53,373 bases of DNA from Octopus sinensis. Lineage: Eukaryota. The stretch spans positions 1 to 53,373 of the forward strand of contig NW_021831728.1 of the NCBI RefSeq assembly GCF_006345805.1, read 5' to 3'. The position numbers and the translations under genes are program-made. Under the pieces are notes generated by a model. It was not told the DNA's origin. It made no database searches and worked only from the letters and a program-made list of their open reading frames with translations. Of this stretch, positions 40,429-51,686 are shown in pieces. The number at the start of each line of letters is the position of its first letter. Position 1 is the stretch's first letter.

Positions 40429-41019
40429 AAAGGCGGCGAGCTGGTAGAAACGCTAGCACGCCGGGCGAAATGCGTAGCCGTATTTCGTCTACCGTTACGT
40501 TTTGAGTTCAAATTCTGCCGAGGTCGACTTTGCCTTTCGTCCTTTCGGGGTCGATAAATTAAGTACCAGTTCTGCACTGGGGTCGATATAATCGACTTAA
40601 TCCGTTTGTCTGTCCTTGTTTGTCCTCTCTGTGTCTAGCCCCTTGTGGGTAGTAAAGAAATAGGTATTTCGTCTGCCGCTACGTTCTGAGTTCAAATTCC
40701 GCCGAGGTCGACTTTGCCTTTCATCCTTTCGGGGCCGATAATTAAGTACCAGTTCCGCACTGGGGTCGATATAATCGACTTAATCCGTTTGTCTGTCTTT
40801 GTTTGTCCTCTCTGTGTTTAGCCCCTTGTGGGTAGTAAAGAAATAGGTATTTCGTCTGCCACTACGTTCTGAGTTCAAATTCCGCCGAGGTCGACTTTGC
40901 CTTCCATCCTTTCGGGGTCGATTAAATAAGTACTAGTTACGCACTGGAGTCGATGTAATCGACTTAATCCCTTTGTTTGTCCCTTCTGTGTTTAACCTCC
41001 TGTGGGCAATAAAGAAAGA
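40429..41019 (+). mobile_element. Head-to-tail SINE-A trimer inside one 16 bp TSD
   Basis: TSD aatatctctcccgcac at 40413-40428 and 41020-41035; units start at 40429, 40664 and 40847. Confidence 0.93.
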
Positions 41020-41053
41020 AATATCTCTCCCGCACCTCCCTCCCTTGCTCTTG

Positions 41054-41109
<56 letters not shown>

Positions 41110-42058
41110 CAACGTCTGCACGACTATGTATATGTGGGTATTTACATTTGTGTGAAGATATATATTTGTGTGTATACGTGTGTGTAGGTTAAAAATAAAA
41201 ATAGAGCTCTCTCTCTCTCTTTCTCTTCCCCTCCCCTTCTCTCTGTCTCTCTCTCTTTCTTTTCCCCTCCTCGCTCTCTCTTTCCCTCCTCTCTTCCGCT
41301 ACACATGGAACACGACTTTCACTACATAAACCTGAGGATTACTCAACGCATGAAAGTACTAGTTTATTTCAACATTATAAAATTGTAAAATAGTAAAGAT
41401 TGCAATTATGTGAAAATCAGACTAAATTGAAATTTCATTGATTAATATATTCTTCTACGCACAACGATATGTACGTGTATGTATACATGTATGTGCTACA
41501 TAAATCACGGTTTAAATGTACAAACTTGACATGATTTATCTTTTTAAATTAGATACATTATCCACACACTATTTAATCATTTCATAGTCTCTCATTACTC
41601 TTTCATTCACAAGTCTGAATCAAAGAGCAGTGGCTATTCAGGACCACACCACTGAACAGGGAATAAACAGATGCTTTAAGCCTTTATTGATACTATTATC
41701 GTTCTCTCTCTCTCTTTATTTGTTATTCTTTGCTATAAATTATTCAATTTGCTCTTAATTATTCCCTACTTCACAAACGTCAGTAAACATTTACATGTAA
41801 CAACAATGGTTTCTGAAAGCCAATGATTTGTTGGCTAGAATATAATCAATTTCATCAACTCCGTAACATAACTTGTAATTATTTCGAGCTAATTAGTGTG
41901 CTGCTAAAATAAAGTTTCCAGATAAATAAGAAATAGTAGCCACGTCTCTCTCAAATCACATCTCCATTGCATGGAACTGCAAGAATTCTTCGCAGGGTTC
42001 ATGAAGCATGACCAGTAAACAAGTGTCACCTTAGTCACCTTACTACTACTACTACTAC

Positions 42059-42112
<54 letters not shown>

Positions 42113-42147
42113 TAATAATAATAATAATGATGATGATGATGATGATA

Positions 42148-42760
42148 ATCCTTTCTAATAAAGGTACAAGGCCTGAAATTTGGGGTGGAGAGGGAATGGG
42201 TCGATTACATCAACCCCAGTGTTTCACTGGTACTTAATTTATCGATCCCAAAACGATGAATGGCAAAGTCGACCCCGGCGGAATTTGAACTGGGAAAGTA
42301 GCGGCGGGCGAAATACCGCTAGGCATTTCGTTCAGCGTGTTAACGATTCTCCCCAGCTCTCTGCCTTCATAATAATAATAGTAATAATAATTCTTTCTAG
42401 TGGGAGCACAAAGCCTCAAATTTGGGAAAAGGGATTAAGTCGATTACATCGACCCCAGTGCGTAACTGGTACTTATTTAATCGACCCCGAAAGGATGAAA
42501 GGCAAAGTCGACCTCGGCGGAATTTGAACTCAGAACGTAGCGACGGACTAAATACCGCTAAACCCTTTGTCCAGCGTGCTAACGACTCTGCCAGCTCACC
42601 ACCTTCATAATAATAATAATAATGATGATGATGATGATTTCATTTATGACTTTATAATAAAGTCGACCTTGGCGGAATTTGAACCCAGAACGCAAGGACG
42701 GACGAAATGCCACTAAGCATATTTCCCGGCGTGCTAACTGTTCTTTCAGCTCACCGCCTT
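42148..42760 (-). mobile_element. Three SINE-A copies separated by (TAA)n/(TGA)n
   Basis: Reverse-strand bodies at about 42150-42370, 42390-42605 and 42655-42760. Confidence 0.85.
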
Positions 42761-42790
42761 AAATAATAATGATAATAATAATAATAATAA

Positions 42791-42854
<64 letters not shown>

Positions 42855-43501
42855 TCTGTAGGGTTCACAAAAAATATTGGGGACGGTACAGGACGACACC
42901 AGTGGGATTACGTGAAGTGGTGTATAAAAAGGGGAATGCCAGTTATAATAAATTCGAACAATGAATGGATTTTCCTTCTCCCTGTTGTCCTTCCTCAATC
43001 TACAGGTACATGCTCAAAGTAGGTCCGCTCACTCGGACCATGCTCGCCATTCTCATTTACTTACCAACAAATTTACTGAGTGGCAACCCCGCTCTCTCCC
43101 TCCCTCCTCTCTCTCCCCCTCTCTCTGCCCTCACTTTTCTTTTCAAGTGAAACTGGAACAAAGAGTTCATGAGGATTTGGCCAAGGAGCAAAGTGTCTTC
43201 GGCCCTTTCAGTCTGACCCACCATCCACCATACAACCTTTTTCGCTATGGCCACCAGACAGACAGATTAAAAGTGTCTGACCTTCTTGTCAAAAGGAAGG
43301 TAGCAGGACGATCTTCACAATTGACTAAACTGATAACCGGATCGTCCTAGACGTGACATGCGGCATTGAACATAATTTCCCAAATCAGCAATGCTAGGAC
43401 ACAGGATAAATGTGTGGGAAACAGTTTCCTCGTTCTCCGTGCATCTTGGGTAGGCTTGCCTGACAAGGCGAGCCATTGATGGAACATTAGGCGCTCACAG
43501 T

Positions 43502-43824
43502 GAAGGCGCGTAGCTAAGTGGTTATGGTATTTGGCTCAAGATCGTAAGGTCGTGAGTTCGATTCCTTGACTGCGCGTTGTGTCCTTGAGCAAAACACTTT
43601 ATTGAACGTTGCTCCAGTCCACTCAGCTTGCAAAAATAAGTTGTACCTGTATTTCGAAAGGGCAACCTTGTCATAGTCTGTGTTACGTTGAATCTCCCTG
43701 AAAACTACGTTAAGCGTACGCATGTTTGTGGAGTGCCCAACCACTTGCACGTTAATTTCACGAGCTGGTTGTTTCGTCGATCAGAACAACTGGAAGCCTC
43801 GTCGTCGCAACCGACGGAGTGCCA
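43502..43824 (+). mobile_element. SINE-C (tRNA head plus gtgtccttgagcaa..gctccagtccactcagct core)
   Basis: A box tagctaagtgg, B box gagttcgattcc, and a central motif typical of widespread SINE superfamily domains. Confidence 0.8.
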
Positions 43825-44019
43825 GTTTAGGTAGTTACAGTGCCTGCTAAAAAAAAAATAGCAGTCAAATCTTCCTTAAATCATCACCATGGCGGTCTTA
43901 AATGACATATTGATCAATGAAGTTCGAAAGACTATGTCTGAAAATAACACGCAATGGCCACTGATGGGATATATTTGATGATAGGTCTGTTCAGACAGCG
44001 CTGATCTAGTGCAAAATCC

Positions 44020-44436
44020 GGATCTTTTCTGTTTGAACGGCAGTTTTTTCTAGCGGTGTCATATGAAATTGTCACCCATAATTATGACCCAAGTATCGAT
44101 CTATTGCATTTCAATCTGTTTTAGGGTTAGGGTTAGGGGTGGGGGGAAGGGTATCTTTTTTTCTTCACAAATGTAAATAAACCCAATCCGTTTCTTCAAC
44201 GAGGGACATATTCATACGGCACAGAATGCTTTTTAACTCAATAGAAACACTGATTGGTTGAAATTGCAGAAATCGAAGAAAAAAAAACAACAAATATTTT
44301 ACAAACTATAGAATTTTCTCAAAAAAGCCAAGAGAAAAAGATGTTTTATAAACACATTATATCGGTATACGAAGTTTAAATTTTTTTAGTTACCTAGAAA
44401 TTATGTTAAAAACTGCCGTTCAAACTGAAAAGATCC
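44020..44436. mobile_element. MITE with 29 bp TIRs starting GG and an 8 bp TSD (Merlin-like; hAT or P not excluded)
   Basis: TIRs ggatcttttc(t/a)gtttgaacggcagttttt with 1 mismatch; TSD caaaatcc at 44012-44019 and 44437-44444. Confidence 0.9.
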
Positions 44437-44494
44437 CAAAATCCCTACTACTACTACTACTACTACTACTATAATAATAATAATAATAATAATA

Positions 44495-44525
<31 letters not shown>

Positions 44526-45604
44526 TATTATTATTATTATTATAATTATAATAATACAAATAAACAGGTTTTGAATCATAGATATGCAAGCAATCTGTGT
44601 AGTGATGAAGTGATTGGCTGGTTGATAACTCAAACGAAATTACAGGTCAAATGTTGTTGCTATTGTTAGTATTGATCCCTATGATTAAGCAGATCTGAGA
44701 TCAAAGACGTTCCACCCACCATAATAATCTCGTCTTATATTTTGGCTGTGTTGCACCCAGAACCACTATGTCTGACGTGTTCTTGTTTTTCAGAGGGTAG
44801 AATGCAGTTTAGTAAATTTTAGACTTTTGTTTCTAGCAAGTCTTCAATAATGATGAAAAACTTCGTTAGATCGAAAAATATCCCTAAATGAGCCAACTGC
44901 ATTGAACCAATCCTTGACGGACTTGCTTCTTCTAGGTTAACATTTTGCTGAGACACGACAGAGGTCTGTCTGCTTTTAAATGGACCGTGGAAGAGCCCAG
45001 CGTTTAAATGTAATTTTCTTAAATTTACATGTTGATTTATGTTTTAATCAAAACAGCACCAATACTTTTATGCAAGGTGGTATAACCAATTAAATATGTA
45101 TCAAAGGTACCTATTGTATCGATCTCCGCAATATGAAAGGCAAAGTCGACCCTAGAACGAGCAAAATGCTTGAATACAATTGTTCTACTTTTCTCCTGTT
45201 TCTTTTGATTTAACTCTCTAACATTTCACATTCATTTATATTGATCTATATTAATTGACCAACGGGCCTGAGGGAGACAGTTTCTATCATTCTGAAGGAC
45301 GGTGTTGTCTTTTTAAGTTTAAACACTCCTTACATCTCTTGAAAATGACGTAGCTGTTTCGCTAGTATTTAATCATGAAAGACAACAGAGACGACTCTGA
45401 TCTCACGTAACTTCCATTGCTTTCTTTTTCCCCTCTGAGGTTATTAGATATTGTATTTCTCTTCTTTTATCTGTGAAACAACGAAAGATTTGCGAAGTAA
45501 ATAATGCTTTCATTTTCGTTGTCGTAATGTGAGAACGTATTGTTTCATACAACGTTCAAAGATCGGGATAAAAGTTTCTATAAATACTGTACGTACACAT
45601 ACAT

Positions 45605-45622
45605 AAGTAGTAGTAGTAGTAA

Positions 45623-45665
<43 letters not shown>

Positions 45666-45750
45666 GGTGGTGGTGGTGGTGGTGGCCGCAGCAGCAAGAC
45701 TAATAGTAGTGGCAGCAGCAGTATTAATAGCAGTAGTAGCAGTAACAACA

Positions 45751-45796
<46 letters not shown>

Positions 45797-45838
45797 TAGT
45801 AGTAGTAATAGTAATAGTAGTAGTAGCAGCAGCAACAG
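45605..45838. repeat. Compound (TAG)n/(TGG)n/(CAG)n trinucleotide tract
   Basis: Seen directly. Confidence 0.9.
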
Positions 45839-45919
45839 GTGTTGTCTTGCCCAGTTTTACTCTAACTGATCAGGTCTATGATCAAAGGCCTTCCACACGT
45901 GACTGCTCCGCCTAACTTT

Positions 45920-46076
45920 ATTGGTGTGGCTCTGTAGTTTAGAAGTTTGCGTCGCAAACCTCTGGTCTTTAGTTCAGTCTCAATGAATCTTGGTCAAATA
46001 TCTCATCCTTATAGCCCTAGGCGGAACAATGGCTTCTGAGTAAATACTGTTGGTGGAAAATAACATACAACCCCTC

Positions 46077-46125
<49 letters not shown>

Positions 46126-46332
46126 TGTGTGCGTGTGCGTGCGCGCGCGTCTTTGAGTTTGCATCTCACCACTTGAGAACTTGTTTTGGTTTGTTTATGT
46201 TCCTGTAAATCCGTGATGTTCTACAAAAAGAGTCGGTTAGAATCAGTACCAAAGTTTGAAATTTAGTACTGCAATTGATTTGAACGACTAAATCCTTAAA
46301 ACTATGCTACAGCACGAGCGCGGTCCATTAAC
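45920..46332 (+). mobile_element. Old diverged SINE-B with internal (TG)n
   Basis: Colinear but degraded head, internal microsatellite and 3' module. Confidence 0.6.
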
Positions 46333-46354
46333 AGAAAGAAATTAAAATCCTAGA

Positions 46355-46602
46355 GGCGAGCTGGCAGAAATTAAAATCCAAAGGCGGCGAGCTGGCAGAA
46401 ACGTTAGCACGCCGGGCGAAATGCTTAGCAGTATTTCATCTGCCGCTACGTTCTGAGTTCAAATTCCGCCGAGGTCGACTTTGCCTTTCACCCTTTCGGG
46501 GTCGATAAATTAAGTACCAGTTGCGCACTGGGTCGATATAATCGACTTAATCCCTTTGTCTGTCCTTGTTTGTCCCCTCTATGTTTAGGCAATAAAGAAA
46601 TA
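46355..46602 (+). mobile_element. SINE-A with 22 bp TSD and complex 5' junction
   Basis: TSD agaaagaaattaaaatcctaga at 46333-46354 and 46603-46624. Confidence 0.93.
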
Positions 46603-47077
46603 AGAAAGAAATTAAAATCCTAGAATAAAATGATAGTGCAGCATAACTTGTAAGAACGAATGAAGGAGATCAGGATGTTATTTCTAGCAAGTCAAGCAAC
46701 CACGTAGAGGTTTCCTTGTCTGCTCGAACATGTAAGATTCTCTATATGTAAATAGAACTTAGTTCTGGCTGTTAACTGAAAATAATAGAAGACAGGGTAC
46801 ATACGAAATATATTGAATAGATGACTGTTCATGTACGTTCGTCTGTGTATGAGTGCATTTGTACTCAGGCGTGCTCAGGCGTAAAAGTGGCCGGTGTGAA
46901 AGTTTTTTCAATCTTTTACGTGGCCTCAAAGATTGATTGAGAGGGAAGAAGTTATCCACAAGACCAGACACCTGGTTCCAATGCTTGCAACAGAGTAGGG
47001 TCCGCTGTAGGCAACAAGGTGCCACATGATAGTATCAGACCAGGTGTGTGTGTGTGTGTGTGTGTTTGTGTGTGTGT

Positions 47078-47125
<48 letters not shown>

Positions 47126-47463
47126 ACCGCACGCATCACAAGTTACTTCACGGAACATCTAGATCTTTCGGTGACTATTCACTTAATCAACTGCAGTTGA
47201 ATAAAGACAGTTACTTATTTAGCCGCACGACCAAGAATTTTCGAGAAAATTTACACACGTCAGAAAAAGACAGTAACTGCTTTAAAACTTCAGGAAAAAC
47301 AACTTCATAATTCCAGCCGGGAGAATATTAGCTTTCATTTGTTTGCTTTTACGAACAAAAGGTATGTTAAAAATATGCCAGGTTCTGTTATAATTGCATA
47401 TGGACAAACATATTTTATTTGTGCGTGTATGTAGCGTTGTACACACATACACACACATATACA

Positions 47464-47495
47464 TACAGGGTGGCCCAAAAGTAGGTGTACAGTTA
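47464..47495 (+). mobile_element. Tc1/mariner-like terminus fragment
   Basis: TA+cagggtggcccaaaagtaggtgtacag; the only candidate partner is a 7 bp match ccctgta near 47852. Confidence 0.35.
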
Positions 47496-47905
47496 TCACG
47501 TAGGCACTTTAAATTTCTTTTAAAACATTTTATTATATTTATTACTTATTATATTATACTTATCTTTTTTTATATACTTTTTGGTTAATAAAAAAAAAAT
47601 TTAATTTAAAAATATAAAAGTTAAAAAATTTAAATATTTAAAAATTAAAAAATTAAAAAATATAAATTTTAAATTTAATATTTTGTATATATATTATATA
47701 TTATATTAATTATATATATATATATATATATTTTATTTATGTATTGGTTTATGTCTATCACTGCTTGAGTTGCCTAATAGTGGTTTTATCTCTAATTTAA
47801 TTTAATTTAAATTTATACTGTGAAATTTGATTTAATCCTAAATCTAATTTTTCCCTGTATGTTTGGATATAATCCCTAATATTATTATTATTATTATTAT
47901 TATTA

Positions 47906-47954
<49 letters not shown>

Positions 47955-47970
47955 CATTATTATTATTATT

Positions 47971-48459
47971 GAGTGAGAGAGCAGTTTATGCCATCAAAGT
48001 GACACTGGGGTAAAATATACGAAGCCCAATATACCCATCATGACTACCCGTCTGATAAGGGTACACCAGGCACATGCATCACAACAATATGTGTGCATCA
48101 TGGTGATCTCATATCAAAATAAACAGCACATGACCTTGCAGGTGGGGCCCAGTTAGAATTTTCTTCAGGTTGAGTAGCCCATCCCGCTCAAAAGGTCCCT
48201 GAATAAGGGTTGTTTAAAGATGTTGAAAGAACCACCCATGTTTCCAGAGGTGAATTATTCAAACTCCAAAGAATCCCACTCAACACATGGCTATGATGCT
48301 CCCCCACTACTTCTGCTCGTGATCAGAGATGCACATATCGTCAGCCACTAAGGGACATGCTCAACTGGTTAAGGTCAAACAACTGACAAGCAAATCTGTG
48401 GTATTGAGCAGAATATTTGCTGTAGCCCATCTTTTATACCAAGACAAAACAATGTACAT
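47971..48459 (-). mobile_element. Approximately 490 bp (TAA)n-embedded element; copy 2 (longer 5' end)
   Basis: Inverted match to 37471-37935, with about 23 extra nt at the inferred 5' end. Confidence 0.9.
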
Positions 48460-48475
48460 TATTATTATTATTATT

Positions 48476-49643
48476 ATTTGGCTGACCGGTTCGCGGAACA
48501 CCTTCGTGACATCCACCTTGCGAACGACACACCGGTCTCACGCCATTTCCGCTCCACCGGTCACTCCTTGCAACACCTATCTGTGTTCGGTTTGTCCTTA
48601 CACAGAGGCCATCCGGATTCCCGTTTGCGCCGTGAACAGGAATTAATCTTCTCTCTTCGCTCTTATACGCCATTTGGTCTCAACTCTCCCCCCCTCCTCA
48701 TCTAACCTCACCCCCTCCTCACCTATCCTTTCTCCCCCCGACCCCTACTTCTTCAGTCCTTCATCCTTTCACCCCTACTCCCCTTCCCTTCTTCCCTCTT
48801 TCTCCTCCCTCTTCCCCTTCCCTCTGCTCCCTCACTCCCTCTCTCCCCTTCTCTCTCCCCCTCATCCCCTTCCTTCTCCCCCATCCTCTCCTCTCCCCCC
48901 TTCTCCTCCCCCTCTTCTTCCACTCCCCTTCTCCCCCCTCTTCTCCCCTCCCCCTCTTCTCCCCGTCCCCCTCTTCTCCTCACTACACCACATGACTTTA
49001 CACATCACATCACATATGATGTGCCATACTAATACACACACCAACTAATACATACTAATACGTACTAATACATACTAGTACATACTAATACTTACACCAA
49101 CCTTATACATACACACGTCCAGACCCCGCATACGCACTTATACTCTCTCACACACACACACACACACACACCTATACATACCAATACGTACTAATACATA
49201 CTAATACATACACCAACCCCATACATACGCACGTCCAGACCAATCTTACGCACTAATACTCTCTCATACACACACACACACACACACACACCCTTATACA
49301 TACTAATACATACACCAACCCTATACATACACACATCCAGACCCCTCCCACGCACTTTTAGCTGGTCCTCAACCCATTTATCAACCCTATTATCTCCCCT
49401 ATTTCGCTCTCGCGTCTCATGTTTGATCTTTGACCTCTGGCCGAAATCAGATCGCCATGTTGATTCGTTAGCTACTGCACGCATTTTTTTCCTCTCCTTC
49501 TTTCTGTGTTTTTCTCTCTCTGTGTATCTTTCTGTTGAAGAGCGTAGGCTCGAAACGTAAAAGACTTGTTTTATTTATATTTCCTGAGCGCCATACTAAT
49601 ACAATTGTTCGTTTGTTTTCCACCTGCCTTCGTCTTTTGTTTA
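48476..49643 (+). mobile_element. 5'-truncated Penelope-like element: GIY-YIG C-terminus, low-complexity 3' region and terminal repeat
   Basis: LADRFAEHLRDI..PVSRHFRSTGHS..SRLRREQELIFSLRSYTPFGLN* (48478-48705) fits the PLE GIY-YIG end (R..EH; HF...H; R..E...I.....P.GLN). The terminal repeat at about 49455-49643 ends in (TA)n. Confidence 0.88.
49527..49564 (+). ncRNA. Minimal type I hammerhead-ribozyme-like motif (non-canonical core)
   Basis: Stem I ucuuu/aaaga; core CUGUUGA; extra A; stem II GAGC-GUAG-GCUC; GAAA; palindromic ACGU stem III; predicted cleavage after GUA (49559). A6 is replaced by U; activity untested. Confidence 0.6.
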
Positions 49644-49661
49644 TTTTCATAAAGCTTCCCG

Positions 49662-49719
<58 letters not shown>

Positions 49720-49794
49720 TAAATATAAAATATAAATTACGAAGTGGGACAAGAACGCAAAAACACACAAATATATATATATGCATGTATTTAC

Positions 49795-50084
49795 CCAAAT
49801 TGAAGGGAGGAGTGGAGCAGGTAAAATTCAGGCTACATATGTTTCCTAGCTAGGAGATTCTCTGATGTAATAATTACTCAACGAGGGATACTCAGCTAAC
49901 TATTCATCAGTGAGTTAACTTGGGATTTCTTAACGACAAAGTAATCTTCATATAATTAAGGTATCTTCGGCCTGATATGTAACTAGCTGAGTACCCTTCG
50001 TTGAGAAATTTATTACATCAGACGATCTGCTAGCTAGGAAACACATGTAGCCCGAATTTTTCCAACTCCAGTTCCTCAATTTGG
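49795..50084. mobile_element. Approximately 290 bp foldback/MITE with about 105 bp imperfect inverted arms
   Basis: Shared blocks ccaaattga, aaaattc(a/g)ggctacat(a/g)tgtttcctagctag, tctgatgtaataa, ctcaacga and tactcagcta; no clear TSD. Confidence 0.85.
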
Positions 50085-50359
50085 ATTTTTATTCGCATCC
50101 ATAGCGATTCAATTCGCTAACCGTGAGCTACAAAAAGATTTTTTAGCTTATCGAACATCGATATGGGAAAAGCCTACAACCTTCGCCAATAAATTATTAT
50201 TGTTCCTGAACGTTGCTTTTTTTATGTACCTACCACAGACTGTTCGAAACTTACAAACTTTCTACACTTACATCCTTGGATCTTATATTTACACACATAC
50301 ACACACACACACATGTATGTAGGTATATATATATATATATATATGTATGTATATATAGT

Positions 50360-50571
50360 CGCCATGATAGATCGTTAGCCACTACACACATTTTTTTCTC
50401 TCCTTTTTTCTCTCCTTGTTTCTCTCCTTGTTTTTTCTGTGTCCCTTTCTGTAGAAGAGCGTAGGCTCGAAACGTAAAAGACTTTTTCTATTCCTGAGCG
50501 TTATACTAATACATCGGTTTGCTTTGTACACCACCTGTCTTCGTCTTTTGTTTTTTTTCGTAAACTCTCCC

Positions 50572-50572
<1 letters not shown>
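50360..50572 (+). mobile_element. Solo Penelope-like terminal repeat
   Basis: Homologous to about 49455-49643 from cgccatg to the (TA)n tail; (TA)n-flanked. Confidence 0.85.
50445..50480 (+). ncRNA. Second minimal hammerhead-like motif
   Basis: cuuu-CUGUAGA-A-GAGC-GUAG-GCUC-GAAA-C-GUA-aaag; same architecture as 49527-49564, differing only at N7 in the core. Confidence 0.55.
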
Positions 50573-50603
<31 letters not shown>

Positions 50604-51616
50604 ATATGTGTGTGTGTATATATTATAAATATTGATATAATTTATTTATAAGGATTCATTAAAATTAAGTCCCGTACAAATGGCTAGGTACGATAGCAGA
50701 GAATTCATAGTGAGGTAGACAACAGTGAAAACATGGAGTCTTTGTTGGATACCATAGATATACAAGTACCAAATCCAATTTAAACCACAGATCCGACTCA
50801 GGGGCTGGTTCTTCGTGTGACGGAGGTAAAAAATGTAAACACAAATGTCGTTTAAAGTTTACCATAGCTGTTTTAGTAGAATCTATTTATATGTTCTTTA
50901 TCAGATAAAATTTTAAACAGGTAGAATTTTAAATATATATATATCTATGTTTTTGTTTTATTTATTTATTTATTTATTTTATTTAGTGGTGAAAACAAGT
51001 ATAGTTAACATTTGACTTGAATGCTCGCAGATTTGCAATTTAAAGGAAAACACAGTTTAGAAGGTCTGCAGTTAGTGCTCAAGTATTTATAACTAAACAA
51101 AGTAACTCCCTTTCCCAAGATACCTCACGGCGAAAAGACGTATTACGTTTGTCATTTGTCTTTAAAGACCTACTTTCTATTTATTCAAACTAGAAACTTA
51201 AATATTATCTTTACAGGATCAACTTCCTATTATCTCTCGATAATTCCTTTCTGTTTGACTTTCAATTTAAATTCCTCCTATTCGTACAGTTTACTTCTTT
51301 CTTTTTTTTTAATGTATATTTTTTCTTATGTACGTCATGTATTCGGAGTTTACAAAGCGTAAGATATATGTGTGTGCGTGTACCTGTCTGTGTGTGTGCG
51401 TGTACCTGTCTGTGTGTGTGTGTGTGTGTGTGCGGTGTACCTGTGTATGTGTGTGTTTAAGCATGCATGTATAAGTATTTGTGTATATCTACGATTGCAT
51501 GTATATACAATATACATATATACATACACACACACACACGCTCATGTGTATGTATGTATGTATGTATGTATGTATGTATGTATGTATGTATGTATGTATG
51601 TATGCATATATGTATG

Positions 51617-51650
<34 letters not shown>

Positions 51651-51686
51651 TGTATGTATGTATGTATGTATGTATGTTTGTATGTA

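Noticed and set aside
42856-42960. TG..TATAAAA..AATAAA..CA segment read as a solo LTR
   Set aside because: Very short, with no TSD, PBS or second copy in the window.
44121-44138. (TTAGGG)3 read as a telomere or chromosome-fusion scar
   Set aside because: Only three units, located inside a TIR/TSD-bounded MITE.
45540-45869. Poly-Ser/Gly 109 aa ORF
   Set aside because: Compound trinucleotide microsatellite with no non-repetitive coding context.
48329-48646. 105 aa ORF spanning the 490 bp element and the PLE fragment
   Set aside because: Chance read-through across two unrelated repeats and a (TTA)n tract; the GIY-YIG homology is in another frame.
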